Positions 10,135 to 21,071 of a DNA stretch of 64,000 nucleotides are shown here, in pieces. A program made the position numbers and the translations under genes. The stretch spans positions 1 to 64,000 of IMG/VR virus record IMGVR_UViG_3300027804_000039, one strand, 5' to 3'. The DNA is from a virus. Each line of letters begins with the position of its first letter. The stretch's first letter is position 1. The notes beneath the pieces were generated by a model. It made no database searches and had not been told where the DNA came from. It saw only the letters and a list, made by a program, of their open reading frames with translations.

Positions 10135-10858
10135 ATTTCAGCCATCCAAATTTTTCAAACAGTCTTGCATACCAATAAAACAAATCAAACTCAAACCATT
10201 TAATTCCAACATTTGCTCTATTAGGATATACATGGTGGTTGCTGTGCAGTTCAGCCATACCTCCAAAATAAATTCCTAACGGAAACATATTAAATGATCT
10301 ATCAGGATATTTGTTTCCTTCGTGTCGATACAGGCCAACTTTATGTGGTAGCCATGCACTTAGTAATACAAGGCCTACTTTGTCGGAAAACCACATAAGC
10401 ATTGGCGCAACTACTAAGCCTATCCACCCAAACAACATGCCATATATTAACGAAATCAAAACTATTCCGCCATACGGATATTTTGAATAGACATTGCGTT
10501 GCATCCAGTCATCGTATATAGGAACATCTGGTGCATGGTCTAGATGTGTATTTGGATCAACCCTTTTAAAATACGGATTGTGATTAGCGTTGAATAGGCC
10601 CTTTAATGAAATATGATAAGGAGAATGACTATCATTTTCCGAATCGCTGTTTTTATGATGTAGTCTGTGTGTACCAGCAGACATCCTTAACCATTGCGGC
10701 CAAGTACCCCACCGGATAGTCCAAAGTATAAATCTACAAACATGTTCAAAGCCAGGTGACACTTTAAGATATCCGTGAGAATAGCCTCTATGTACTAACA
10801 TATCCATAGTGAGAACTATGATGTGAAAATTTAACAAATAAAAAAAGAATAATTCCAT
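10112..10858 (-). CDS. membrane fatty-acid desaturase family protein
   Basis: His boxes HRGYSH, HRLHH, HSNHH plus TM segments. Confidence 0.85.
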   Translation of the reverse strand: MELFFFYLLNFHIIVLTMDMLVHRGYSHGYLKVSPGFEHVCRFILWTIRWGTWPQWLRMSAGTHRLHHKNSDSENDSHSPYHISLKGLFNANHNPYFKRVDPNTHLDHAPDVPIYDDWMQRNVYSKYPYGGIVLISLIYGMLFGWIGLVVAPMLMWFSDKVGLVLLSAWLPHKVGLYRHEGNKYPDRSFNMFPLGIYFGGMAELHSNHHVYPNRANVGIKWFEFDLFYWYARLFEKFGWLKFIDRKAD

Positions 10859-11535
10859 TATAGTTTTTCAACTTCTAAATTAATGCCGCATTGCTTTATA
10901 GACTCAACTGCTTCATCAAAGATACTAAAAATGTTTGTGTTCACTAATATTTCCTTTTCGCTTAGTCCTTTAAAACCTGTAATTTCTTTATTTTTTACAG
11001 CAGGATTAATAATACGCATTATTGGTGTATAAGCTAATTGTTTCCAGTTGTAATCTCCGTCAAGCACTTTGATCCTTAGTCCAGCGTTTAATGGATTGTA
11101 CTTAGGAAGCAACACTCTAATATTTAAGTGTACTCGTGTGCTTGCACCCCAATTTGCCGCCACATGAATTTTGCCAGTGTCCATGTGCCATATTTCTCCT
11201 GTTGCTGGTATATGATGAAGATGATTATCTGTGATACTGACTAGGTATGCATATGGATTAGTGATAATAGGCAAGTGTATTCTGTCATCGGGGTCGCAAT
11301 GTGCTGTATAACTTTCCCCAGAGTCTAATGATAGCAATCGTGCTTGTCCAATATTTTCTAAAGAATCCAGTACATCGCCCAAAGGAGTATTTTTAAATTC
11401 AGCTTTAGTTAACCATGGGTCGTTAAAGAATTGCCCAGTGCAAGTATTAAGTTCAAGTCTCTTAAATACGCCAAGAGATTTAACTTGTTCAACAATAGGA
11501 TCGATATTAAATTTTTTATCTAATAGTGTTAGCAT
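10858..11535 (-). CDS. Fe(II)/2OG oxygenase (Asp/Asn beta-hydroxylase-like)
   Basis: HCD...H facial triad, RVHL. Confidence 0.65.
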   Translation of the reverse strand: MLTLLDKKFNIDPIVEQVKSLGVFKRLELNTCTGQFFNDPWLTKAEFKNTPLGDVLDSLENIGQARLLSLDSGESYTAHCDPDDRIHLPIITNPYAYLVSITDNHLHHIPATGEIWHMDTGKIHVAANWGASTRVHLNIRVLLPKYNPLNAGLRIKVLDGDYNWKQLAYTPIMRIINPAVKNKEITGFKGLSEKEILVNTNIFSIFDEAVESIKQCGINLEVEKL

Positions 11536-12956
11536 AATAAATGCGCCAGTTCAGGAAACACTTTTTTAAAATCTGTATTACGTTGCTGGTCTAAAGCTGT
11601 AATGTACTCTTGGAAATCGGGAAGCAAGTTTGTGTGATCCTCTGAGTCCATCCAATCTAAAATCCCTTCCCATCGTTTCCATCCGTAAGGGTCAGTATTC
11701 CAAAAATGTTCATCAGTTCTATAGTTTTCTTTTAGCCAAGATTTAAGTTCGACAAATAACCGGCGAACTTCTTCTTTATCTTTTTTAGGTAGTACTCTTA
11801 AACTTAACCAAGTAGGTATCCATACTAAGTGAGCACTAAAGATTCCTCCGCTATGTGTTTCGCCTAGAATGTTATCGTCTAAATTAATTCTTTTAAACCC
11901 ACTAGTAACTTTCCACTTTATAAATTCTGGAATATGTTTAATATTTAATATTTGCACAGCGCAGGCAATGGTAGTTTCTATATTTGATGGTGCGTTGTCA
12001 AGTATTGTTAGATTTTTTACAATAGTATCCCAGTCTGCTGGATATCGGATATAGTGTAATCGTTCACCTATACCATCAATGCTAAACCCATACTTAACTT
12101 TTCTAAAGTGTTTCCATGTCTCAATGATAGAAGGATCAATTAATATTCCGTTGCTATTATATCGTAGTTCTATTTTAGCGGCATACCCTTGTTTTATAAT
12201 TTCTTGTAGGAATGTTTTGTGTTCCTTAATCATTAAAGGTTCGCCACCGGCAAAGTATATTTGTTTAATGTTAGGAATCTGTTCGTATATCTCTTCCCAG
12301 AATGCCGGGTTCTCGTGCCAGCGATTATCAAATCCTGTACGTTGCCAACTAAGTTGCTTTTTAATCAACGGGCTTTGAAAAAGCGGATAAATCTTTTTGT
12401 GGTCTTCAACCCACTTACTACTATCGTGTGGGCTACACATTACACACTTTAAATTGCAGGTATTGCCTAGTCGTAAATCAATATACTGTAACTTATAAGG
12501 AACATAGCCATCTTCTTGTGTTTGTGATATTAACGCAGGAATGTCTATTCCATGCTTGTGCCATGTGCCAGTTTCCCATATTCTTTTACTGACAACACCG
12601 TTGCTTTCTTCTTCAAAACACTTTTTACAACTTGCGGGAACATTCCCATCGAGCATGGTAGTTCGAACACTACGCATATACTCGTTGTTGAAAGCTTCGC
12701 TAGGTAAATCTTTTCCAAAGTTAGCCGGATCACCGTTTTCTTTTTTAACGAGTCCTACAGTATAGTTTCCGTCTTCTGCACCACTAGCATTGGCTACACA
12801 ACAGATACGCATATCACCGTTTGGGCGTGTTGCTAAATGTATCCACGGTAATACACAAAAACTGGCACTACCAGACACATCTTTGATTTGTTTCTGCCAA
12901 GTTCCTATCTGTGTGGATTCAGGTTGCATCCAAAATACTGTTTGAGTATTGTCCAT
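11529..12956 (-). CDS. radical SAM protein with N-terminal twitch/SPASM domain
   Basis: CVLPW...RICC, CNLKCVMC, FAGGEP. Confidence 0.9.
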   Translation of the reverse strand: MDNTQTVFWMQPESTQIGTWQKQIKDVSGSASFCVLPWIHLATRPNGDMRICCVANASGAEDGNYTVGLVKKENGDPANFGKDLPSEAFNNEYMRSVRTTMLDGNVPASCKKCFEEESNGVVSKRIWETGTWHKHGIDIPALISQTQEDGYVPYKLQYIDLRLGNTCNLKCVMCSPHDSSKWVEDHKKIYPLFQSPLIKKQLSWQRTGFDNRWHENPAFWEEIYEQIPNIKQIYFAGGEPLMIKEHKTFLQEIIKQGYAAKIELRYNSNGILIDPSIIETWKHFRKVKYGFSIDGIGERLHYIRYPADWDTIVKNLTILDNAPSNIETTIACAVQILNIKHIPEFIKWKVTSGFKRINLDDNILGETHSGGIFSAHLVWIPTWLSLRVLPKKDKEEVRRLFVELKSWLKENYRTDEHFWNTDPYGWKRWEGILDWMDSEDHTNLLPDFQEYITALDQQRNTDFKKVFPELAHLLC

Positions 12957-12967
12957 GAAATATTTAT

Positions 12968-13702
12968 ATGCTACTATTATGTAGTAAATATATCATGATT
13001 ATCCCATTCGAGTCTAATTGGAAAAATGTAGCTATCAGTGTAAGTGGCGGTGCGGACTCCGCATTATTGGCATATCTAGTTTGCGAACAAGCCTACGAGC
13101 ATGACACTACAATTCATATTATTAACCATGTGCGTATGTGGAAGACACGCCCGTGGCAACAATATGATGCCGACCGTGTATATAAATGGTTGTTCCAAAG
13201 ATTCTATCATACAAATTTTAAACGCCATACTAACTTTATTGCACCGGATATCGAGTACGGTAATATTGGCCCTAATTTAACCGACGAGTACGGTAAGAAG
13301 GTCAGTGGTGATAATATACAACAACGAGCATATGGAGAGTTTATTTGTAACAAGTATAATATAGATGCTTACTACAATGCTGTTACTCGAAATCCAAGAC
13401 TGGCATCTTTCAATGGTATGCGCGAGCGCGATATTGATCCGAATGAAGATAACAAACACTTAGAAAGAATGACACACATGGGTGTAGAAGTTTTACATCC
13501 TTTTAGATTTATTGACAAATCTGAAATTGTTAAAAAATATAAAGAATTAAACTTAATGGATTTATTTGAAATAACTCGCAGTTGTGAGGGCGAGTTCGAT
13601 GGTATTGATTATACAACGTATAAGCCAGGACAGGTTGTTCCCATATGCGGTGAATGCTTCTGGTGCAAGGAACGAGAGTGGGCAATTGAACAATCAAAGT
13701 AA
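12968..13702 (+). CDS. QueC-like PP-loop ATPase
   Basis: SGGADS, TRSC and CGECFWC motifs. Confidence 0.65.
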   Translation: MLLLCSKYIMIIPFESNWKNVAISVSGGADSALLAYLVCEQAYEHDTTIHIINHVRMWKTRPWQQYDADRVYKWLFQRFYHTNFKRHTNFIAPDIEYGNIGPNLTDEYGKKVSGDNIQQRAYGEFICNKYNIDAYYNAVTRNPRLASFNGMRERDIDPNEDNKHLERMTHMGVEVLHPFRFIDKSEIVKKYKELNLMDLFEITRSCEGEFDGIDYTTYKPGQVVPICGECFWCKEREWAIEQSK

Positions 13703-14948
13703 AACATTTTGTATGCATCCTTTTACAGGACTAGCAACTAGAGAAGATGGGGCTATCAAAGCCTGCTGTCGTAGCCATCCTGTTGGGTTTATTGATAAAG
13801 AAAGTTTGGAAGAAATTTGGAACAACGACACTATGAAGCGTATTCGTCAACAAGTGTTGAACAATGAAAGACCTCCGGAGTGTGAACCTTGTTTTAATTT
13901 AGAAGATCAAGGAGTAGTGAGTTTACGACAACGTCACGTAGAGGCACGTATACCAGAGGCACGTATTAATCTATACCCAACTGCGTTGAACAACCTTAAC
14001 AGTGATTATTCAATGCCTTTTGAAATTCCAACAATGGAGTTAAAGTTAAACAACTTGTGTAATTTGAAATGTCGTATGTGCCACCCCGGAGACAGCACTA
14101 GCTGGAATGATTGGGATCAAGTAGAAGATTTCTATAAAAAAGATAACAACATTATATTTCATTTAGTTGAAGATAATAATTTAAAAAACAAACCGTTCCT
14201 TGATAAGTTTCAAGATAACCCAGCATGGTGGACAAGTTTAGAAAAACTGTTACCATATTTTCGTCGTGTAGAATTTGCCGGAGGAGAACCTCTGATGGAT
14301 CCCCAACACTATCGTATTTTAGATATGCTAAGTCCTTACGGCAATCAGATTGAAATCAAGTATGCTACTAACCTAAGTATGTTAGGAAAGAGCAATAGAA
14401 CAATTTGGGAGTACTGGCCTAAATTTAAATCTGTTGCAGTTAACATAAGTATTGATGGAATTGATGAAAGCTACGAATATATTCGAGGCAACGCCAGTTG
14501 GACAGAGTTGATTGATAATATTAAAAAGATACAAACTATTCCTAACATAAGCAGAATTGTTGGTGCGGTTACTGTACAAGTTAGTAATGTTCTTGTGCTA
14601 GATAAAATTATCAAATATTTCTTAGATGATATTGGCATTGTTTTTCATTCGCATAGGGTAGAGTTTCCAAGAGAATTATCTGCTCAAGTGTTGCCACCAA
14701 AATTAACAGCGTTGGCCATACAGCGATTGCAGGAAGTCAGTTACCATGTTAAAGATTTTAAAATGGTCAAACAACATCCTCAACTTTTAAAATACACCTT
14801 GGATCAGATACAAGACAACATTAACTATCTACAAGCAAGGGATCAAAGTCATAGATGGAGCGATTGTGTAGAATTTAATCGTAGGCTAGATCAAACTCGA
14901 AATCAAAGTTTTACCAATGTAACTCCGGAGTTTAAATCGTATGTTTAA
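13584..14948 (+). CDS. radical SAM protein with N-terminal twitch/SPASM domain
   Basis: CMHPF...ACC, CNLKCRMC, FAGGEP; true start probably TTG at 13686. Confidence 0.9.
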   Translation: MRASSMVLIIQRISQDRLFPYAVNASGARNESGQLNNQSKTFCMHPFTGLATREDGAIKACCRSHPVGFIDKESLEEIWNNDTMKRIRQQVLNNERPPECEPCFNLEDQGVVSLRQRHVEARIPEARINLYPTALNNLNSDYSMPFEIPTMELKLNNLCNLKCRMCHPGDSTSWNDWDQVEDFYKKDNNIIFHLVEDNNLKNKPFLDKFQDNPAWWTSLEKLLPYFRRVEFAGGEPLMDPQHYRILDMLSPYGNQIEIKYATNLSMLGKSNRTIWEYWPKFKSVAVNISIDGIDESYEYIRGNASWTELIDNIKKIQTIPNISRIVGAVTVQVSNVLVLDKIIKYFLDDIGIVFHSHRVEFPRELSAQVLPPKLTALAIQRLQEVSYHVKDFKMVKQHPQLLKYTLDQIQDNINYLQARDQSHRWSDCVEFNRRLDQTRNQSFTNVTPEFKSYV

Positions 14949-15828
14949 AGTAACAAGTCGTTGGCCTCACCAAGATAGTATCAAGGTTGAATGGAATCTT
15001 GGCAAGAGATGTAATTACGATTGTAGCTATTGCCCTTCAGTTATACATGACAATTCTAGCCCTCACACAGATATTGAAGTCTTAAAAAAGACCATAGACA
15101 AATTACAAACTTTAGGCAAGCCAATACGTTTAAGTTTTACAGGTGGGGAACCTTGTGTGCATCCTAAGTTCGACGAGCTTATAAAATACGCAAAGTACAA
15201 AGGAGTTGCATGGATTAGTGTAACAACTAACGGAACTAGACCTTATGAGTTTTATGCCAGTTTACCAATTGACCAATGTGTTGTTAGTATACATTTAGAA
15301 TACGACTGGCGCCGTGTGTTCAATACTATAGAAAGTCTTGTTGATTTGACAAAAATAAAAGTATTAGCACAAATAATGGCCCATCATGATTATATGGATG
15401 CTGTGATGCAGTTACGTGCTCGATGCCTTCAAGCACAAATTCCAAACACTGTTAGGCGCATACGATGGACTGAAGGTGATCACGATTTATTTGATGATAT
15501 GCGTTATCATCCAGACGACCTTGCATGGATAAAAGAACAAGATGCTACTATTTCAGGAAACTGCGTAATTGACGATAAGGAAATTATTCATGCCAACGAT
15601 GTTATTAAACTTCATTTGAATAAATTTAAAGATTGGAGTTGTAATGCTGGCATTGAAAGTTTAATGATTAACTGGGATGGTGAGGTACATCGTGCAACTT
15701 GTAGAGTTGGTGGTAGTCTAGGAAATATATACCAAGGAACTTTTACACCAACAGAAGATCCTATTATATGCACAAGAAACTTCTGTACATGTTCTTCGGA
15801 TATTCCTATTACTAAACTTTCTCCTTAG
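14941..15828 (+). CDS. radical SAM/SPASM protein
   Basis: CNYDCSYC, TGGEP, C-terminal Cys cluster. Confidence 0.9.
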   Translation: MFKVTSRWPHQDSIKVEWNLGKRCNYDCSYCPSVIHDNSSPHTDIEVLKKTIDKLQTLGKPIRLSFTGGEPCVHPKFDELIKYAKYKGVAWISVTTNGTRPYEFYASLPIDQCVVSIHLEYDWRRVFNTIESLVDLTKIKVLAQIMAHHDYMDAVMQLRARCLQAQIPNTVRRIRWTEGDHDLFDDMRYHPDDLAWIKEQDATISGNCVIDDKEIIHANDVIKLHLNKFKDWSCNAGIESLMINWDGEVHRATCRVGGSLGNIYQGTFTPTEDPIICTRNFCTCSSDIPITKLSP

Positions 15829-16822
15829 TTAAATTTACTTCGGTAACGCAGAGGCAATTAGCTTGATTACAGATTACCGACTTAATCTCTGGACAAAAGT
15901 TTTCTTTAAAATTAATATCGTATAAATTGTAGTGGTACTTTTCGCCATACAGCAGTTGTCCGCAAGTACCAGATACTGTTCCGTCAACATTAATAAACAA
16001 CCTATCCACTCCAATGTTGCATGACCAACCTTTAAAATGATTCCAGTCATTTAGCATTGCTTCGTTGGACTGAAGTTTTCGTTTATTTCCGTCAACGAAT
16101 GTTGCAGTTGGTTCTTTTTGATAGTAGTATGATTTAAATATATTTTTTAACAAATACAACCAGTTTCCTTTTCTAACTAGAGAATTTGTTTTGATAAATT
16201 CTGCTTGTTCGTCTGTATAAGTAATTTTTCTTTTACTGTTATCTTCTAAACTTTGTAAATTGATTGCCCACGTATGTTTGCTAGTTTTTAATTGTTCGAT
16301 GGCCTCGGTGCACTGAATCCAGTAATCAGGATCCATCATAACTAGTCCTGTAACTACTATGTTGTTTTCATACAGCGCATCCGCAACAGATATGAAGTGA
16401 TCTATGTTTGTTTCTTGTATGTGAAAACTCAGAACAACTTGATCAAAGTATTTTGAATTTTCCTTCCACCAATCTAATGTTCTTGATCCGTTGGATACAA
16501 TCATTATTGAAACATTGTGATGTAATTTTAGTTTTGAACAAAACTCTGGAAGGTGCTTCCACAGCGTAGGTTCTCCGCCTAATAAGCTAATTTCAAACTT
16601 CTTCTTTCTTGAATGTTCTTTATAATAATCTAACAAGTGTATAAGATTATCGGATACTTTGATCCAATCTTCTTTGAATCGTTTTGTGCCGTCATTGCAA
16701 CCATCAAAACAATAGTTACATTTATAATTGCATACATTTGAAACCATGTATGCAATATTAAGTATATCTCTATAATTGCTTACTAGTTTTATCGGTTCTG
16801 ATAACATCAATGATTCGTCCAA
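15812..16822 (-). CDS. radical SAM/SPASM protein
   Basis: CNYKCNYC, LGGEP. Confidence 0.9.
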   Translation of the reverse strand: MDESLMLSEPIKLVSNYRDILNIAYMVSNVCNYKCNYCFDGCNDGTKRFKEDWIKVSDNLIHLLDYYKEHSRKKKFEISLLGGEPTLWKHLPEFCSKLKLHHNVSIMIVSNGSRTLDWWKENSKYFDQVVLSFHIQETNIDHFISVADALYENNIVVTGLVMMDPDYWIQCTEAIEQLKTSKHTWAINLQSLEDNSKRKITYTDEQAEFIKTNSLVRKGNWLYLLKNIFKSYYYQKEPTATFVDGNKRKLQSNEAMLNDWNHFKGWSCNIGVDRLFINVDGTVSGTCGQLLYGEKYHYNLYDINFKENFCPEIKSVICNQANCLCVTEVNLTKEKV

Positions 16823-17582
16823 TTAAATCCCATTCCCACCATTGCTCTCCAGCTCTATAGTTCTGTGGGTTAGCATGGTGATTGTTATGCCAACCGTCGC
16901 CCATACTAAAAATATTTGCTATCCAACTGTTAGTACTCAGGTCTCTAGTTTCGTAACTTCTATAACCGTGTACATGCCCAAGAACGTTAACAATGCCCAC
17001 AAGTAAGATAGTTGCACTCATAGGTATAGCATAGGCAAATAACACTAATATAGGGTTGATTAGAAATAACAAGAATATGTAAGCTATTAAAAGTTTAAAG
17101 TAATTGTCAAAGATAAATTTATGTACAGGGTTTCGTAATAAATCTTTTACAAGAAATGGTGTTAGTTTATGCATCTTCCAACCGTAGCCTATCCAAACTT
17201 GTAGTCCTCGTAAGATAGAAAACTTTCTGTTAATGTTTGGACTATGTGGATCATCATCTGTATCTGTCTTGGCATGATGTATTCTGTGTGTACTTACCCA
17301 GGACATAGTAGGCCCAACTGTTGATATAACACTTATTAACGATAGTAGTGTTTCTGTTGTTTTGTTAACTTTAAAACTTCTATGTGTTAGCAGTCTATGT
17401 AGGGTGAGTACTTGACTAATTGGTCCAACAAAAAACCACACTACTGACGAAATTAATAGTAGATAGTATTGGCCAGTTTGCATAATGTATGCAACTCCAC
17501 ATAAACTTAACAAATGACCTATAGTCTGAAACACTCTAATTTTTAAATTTAGATTCATAGTCCGGGCTCCAACTGCAACCAC
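16770..17582 (-). CDS. delta-9-type acyl desaturase family protein
   Basis: HRLLTH, HRIHH, HNNHH; DLIGRII tail. Confidence 0.88.
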   Translation of the reverse strand: MVAVGARTMNLNLKIRVFQTIGHLLSLCGVAYIMQTGQYYLLLISSVVWFFVGPISQVLTLHRLLTHRSFKVNKTTETLLSLISVISTVGPTMSWVSTHRIHHAKTDTDDDPHSPNINRKFSILRGLQVWIGYGWKMHKLTPFLVKDLLRNPVHKFIFDNYFKLLIAYIFLLFLINPILVLFAYAIPMSATILLVGIVNVLGHVHGYRSYETRDLSTNSWIANIFSMGDGWHNNHHANPQNYRAGEQWWEWDLIGRIIDVIRTDKTSKQL

Positions 17583-18175
17583 TCCTTGTGTGTAATTAAT
17601 TTAGGTTTCCATTGTTCAGTAATAACACCTGAAACTTTTTCATGATAAACAAAATTTTGCCAGCACTTTTGTACATTCCAAGGAGCAGTTTGTATATAGC
17701 CACCTCCGTTAGTATACGTTCCTTCGCTAGCAATCAACATGTGCTTAACAAATACTCTATCCCACCATCCTTTACTTTCTTTTTTATCTCTGTTTTGCAT
17801 TGTAAGAATATAACCGTCAAAGTTATTTACTGCTTCTAATGCTTTCATTAAACTGTAAGTGACTCTAAACCCGTCAGTCATGTCTCTCGGCGTCATTCTA
17901 AATTCTGGAAATGTAAACCCCCTGTGAACGATGTTTGCAACATTATGTGGATATCGTTCGTCGTGATATACACCCCCCATTACCATAGGTTTACCTGTAC
18001 TTGTTTGGTATACAACACCAAAGCCTTTGTGCTTTTCAACAACAAGTTTGTCTTTAGTATAGTTTGCACCTAACCAATTTCCTTCAGCAAGTACAATGTC
18101 ACGCACATCTTCAAACTCTGAACAAGACTCATAGTAAATTTTAATGTGTGTGTTTGATAAATCGTACCTATCCAT
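17555..18175 (-). CDS. hypothetical protein
   Basis: 206 aa ORF within the enzyme island. Confidence 0.55.
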   Translation of the reverse strand: MDRYDLSNTHIKIYYESCSEFEDVRDIVLAEGNWLGANYTKDKLVVEKHKGFGVVYQTSTGKPMVMGGVYHDERYPHNVANIVHRGFTFPEFRMTPRDMTDGFRVTYSLMKALEAVNNFDGYILTMQNRDKKESKGWWDRVFVKHMLIASEGTYTNGGGYIQTAPWNVQKCWQNFVYHEKVSGVITEQWKPKLITHKEWLQLEPGL

Positions 18176-18762
18176 TACTTGATTTTTCCTGTAATTATAT
18201 CCAAATTTTCTTTTGATATGTTAAATGCTGTTTTTGCTCTTTCAAGTGTAAAATCTGTTAGTTTAAACTCAAAAGAAATATTTGTAAATCTTGGGTTTCT
18301 TAACCAAAACTCTATAACATCGATTACTTCATTGTAAGAAATTAAAACATCGCTGTTCACAGCATCTTCTAGCATCGAAACTTGTATGTGTAAAATTTTT
18401 GTACTTGGCAATAAGCTAAGTTCTTTACAACGATTAGCAAGATCAAACTTGTGTTTACTATAGTCCGATAATAGTTGATTATGGAACTCTCCTGCCACAC
18501 TGCCAAGTACAATTTGTTTAATATTATGATTTACTGAATTCAAGAGTTCTAGCTGTGCTCTATCAACATTTGCGTTGTTAATAAATAAATCTGCATTGTT
18601 GATAATATCTACAATTGGTGTTAAATCGGCACGTAAGTCGTAACCAGTTTGTCGGCTTATTCCAACAACTTCCCAACCTGATGTTTGGAAATAATTGTAT
18701 AGGGCTTTACCTAATCCTGTTGTATGACCAGTTATTACGCATTTCATAAAGTGTCTCAGCAA
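18175..18762 (-). CDS. short-chain dehydrogenase/reductase-like protein
   Basis: ITGHTTGLG, INNA, YSKHK. Confidence 0.7.
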   Translation of the reverse strand: MLRHFMKCVITGHTTGLGKALYNYFQTSGWEVVGISRQTGYDLRADLTPIVDIINNADLFINNANVDRAQLELLNSVNHNIKQIVLGSVAGEFHNQLLSDYSKHKFDLANRCKELSLLPSTKILHIQVSMLEDAVNSDVLISYNEVIDVIEFWLRNPRFTNISFEFKLTDFTLERAKTAFNISKENLDIITGKIK

Positions 18763-18785
18763 TAGGATATTTACATAATTACTGT

Positions 18786-20279
18786 ATGTCCAAAAAATTT
18801 CATAGCTTACTGTTCTCTATAAACGACTCTAATAACTTTAGGGGAACGGGCGCACATCGTATAGCTCACGTGCTACGCCAAGAAGGTTGGGATTGTGAAG
18901 TTGTGGACTTTGTTTTATTTTGGGATTTTGAAAAACTCAAAGAGTTGATACGATCACGGGTTGGCAGCAACACAAAGATTTTTGGTTTTAGTTGTTTTGC
19001 AAATGCATGGAAGCCTGAAATTGATGATCTAACTCGCTGGCTTAAAGAGCAGTATCCAGATGTAGCTATAGTGCTTGGTAGCCAGGAAGTTTTAAGAACT
19101 AATGTTGATAAGAAATACATAGATTGGTACATTGATAGTTTTGGCGATAACGCCATACTATCTCTTGCAAAGTACATTGCCGGCAACGGAACTCGACCCC
19201 ATACTGACTTAGATGAACAAGCAAGAAGCGGCAAGCGTTTAATTAAGTCAAACAAAATGTACCCAGCGTTTCCTATGGCGAGTCTTACTCAAGACTATGA
19301 AGACCGAGACTTCATAGACGAGTATGAAATGCTTACAGTGGAAATTGGTCGTGGATGCAAATTCAAATGCGACTTTTGTAATTTTCCTATTTTAGGTGTC
19401 AAAGGCGATTACACTAGAGATGCACTAGATTTTGAAACCGACATGAAACGTAATTACGATAAATGGGGTATTAAAAATTATTATCTTGCAGATGAAACTT
19501 TTAACGACAGAACTGAAAAGATTATTAAGTTTGCAGATGTAGTTGATAAGTTACCGTTTGAGCCATGGTATGCTGCATTTATAAGAGCCGACTTGTTAGT
19601 TTCAAGACCACAAGACTGGGAACACCTAGCACGTATGCGAGTACTTGGACAACACTACGGTATTGAAAGTTTAAATCATGCCAGTGCTAAAAGCATTGGC
19701 AAAGGTATGGAAACTACAAAGCTAGTCAACGGTATATTAAAAGCGAGAGAGTACTTTTTAAGTCGTGGCCCTTATCGAGCAAGTATGTCTTTTATTGCAG
19801 GACTACAGTATGAGACTCTGGACACTTTAGAAAAAACAAAACAATGGTTACTAGATAACTGGACTGGAGAAAGTTTAATATACTACCCATTAACTATTCC
19901 TAGTGAAGAGAATGAAAACTTATCCACACTTTCTAAGGACTGGAATACCAGAGGATATTCTCTAGTAGATAGGGAAGTTGAAATCCCTGAAGAATTAAAA
20001 CGACAATCTTTACATGCATCAATGCCTCCATTAAAATGGAAGAACGAGCATATGGATATATTTGATGCGTATGCACACGTTGGCGATATCTATACTAACC
20101 ACTATCACAAATTTAAAGAAATTATGTGGAACTTTGGAAATCTACACAGAGATTTTAAATTACCAATTTCTGAATTATTAGATATACCTGCCGTAAATAA
20201 TTACACACCCGAAGCAGATGAAAACAGAAAAAAGTTCTTTGAAAATTATTTTGAGAAAAAATTAAATTATAGACCGTAA
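18786..20279 (+). CDS. B12-binding-domain radical SAM protein
   Basis: N-terminal cobalamin-binding-like domain; GRGCKFKCDFC, DETFN, GIES. Confidence 0.85.
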   Translation: MSKKFHSLLFSINDSNNFRGTGAHRIAHVLRQEGWDCEVVDFVLFWDFEKLKELIRSRVGSNTKIFGFSCFANAWKPEIDDLTRWLKEQYPDVAIVLGSQEVLRTNVDKKYIDWYIDSFGDNAILSLAKYIAGNGTRPHTDLDEQARSGKRLIKSNKMYPAFPMASLTQDYEDRDFIDEYEMLTVEIGRGCKFKCDFCNFPILGVKGDYTRDALDFETDMKRNYDKWGIKNYYLADETFNDRTEKIIKFADVVDKLPFEPWYAAFIRADLLVSRPQDWEHLARMRVLGQHYGIESLNHASAKSIGKGMETTKLVNGILKAREYFLSRGPYRASMSFIAGLQYETLDTLEKTKQWLLDNWTGESLIYYPLTIPSEENENLSTLSKDWNTRGYSLVDREVEIPEELKRQSLHASMPPLKWKNEHMDIFDAYAHVGDIYTNHYHKFKEIMWNFGNLHRDFKLPISELLDIPAVNNYTPEADENRKKFFENYFEKKLNYRP

Positions 20280-21032
20280 CCAGTTAGCCAGTGCTTGGTT
20301 ACTTTGTGTTCCTGGATGTATTAAATCTCTTCCTACATCAAGTTTAGGAAACTGTTCGTCTGTAAACTCTACGTGTTTGATTCCCAAGCAGTCTAAGAAA
20401 TTTAAAGTTGTTGTTCTAAACACATTAGCAAAGTGTTCAAAGTAACCAGCATCGCTAGCGGACACAAAGTTTTTGATTACCTTGTCATTTACAAAATCAT
20501 ACTTAGTAGCTTCTTTAACTTCCTGTGATACTATTCCGTTTCTAACAGCAATCCATGCACCTACAGGAGTAAGCCCGTCTTCAAATCTTTGATAATGTCT
20601 ATTAGGTGCCGGCCATTGAATAACGACTAGTTTTGGAATCTTATTAATGTTTTTAAACCACATACTTAGATTCTCAGATAACAAGTCGGCACCGCTACCA
20701 GCAAGTCCTAAATTGTAGTAGTCCATGTTTAGTTGTTGGGATAGTTTATAAGTGAACGAATCTTCTAATGTAACTCCTACACCTTCTGTCAAACTACATC
20801 CTATGAACAAGATAAAATCGTCACTGAGATCATCAAGCTCTTTACACCTATGTCCTAGGCTATTTCTAGTATATAAGACACGCTTAGTTCGATATTCCCA
20901 ATCCGCAGGTTGTGTTTTTAAATGTCCTTCGAAATGGTTCCTGCTGTCTGCACCGATAAGACTAAACTCCGGATCAGTGTAACCAGATCCGTAAATTTTA
21001 TTTTGGTAAAGTTTGATTAAATGTGTTCCCAT
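20262..21032 (-). CDS. SGNH-hydrolase-like protein
   Basis: GCSLTEG, GSG, RDLIHPG. Confidence 0.5.
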   Translation of the reverse strand: MGTHLIKLYQNKIYGSGYTDPEFSLIGADSRNHFEGHLKTQPADWEYRTKRVLYTRNSLGHRCKELDDLSDDFILFIGCSLTEGVGVTLEDSFTYKLSQQLNMDYYNLGLAGSGADLLSENLSMWFKNINKIPKLVVIQWPAPNRHYQRFEDGLTPVGAWIAVRNGIVSQEVKEATKYDFVNDKVIKNFVSASDAGYFEHFANVFRTTTLNFLDCLGIKHVEFTDEQFPKLDVGRDLIHPGTQSNQALANWLRSII

Positions 21033-21071
21033 AAAACTTTTTGACAGTTATATACTTAGTTAAATACTGAC

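Noticed and set aside
13940-13967. Short direct repeat encoding EARIPEARI
   Set aside because: In-frame local duplication within a radical SAM gene, with no sign of wider significance.
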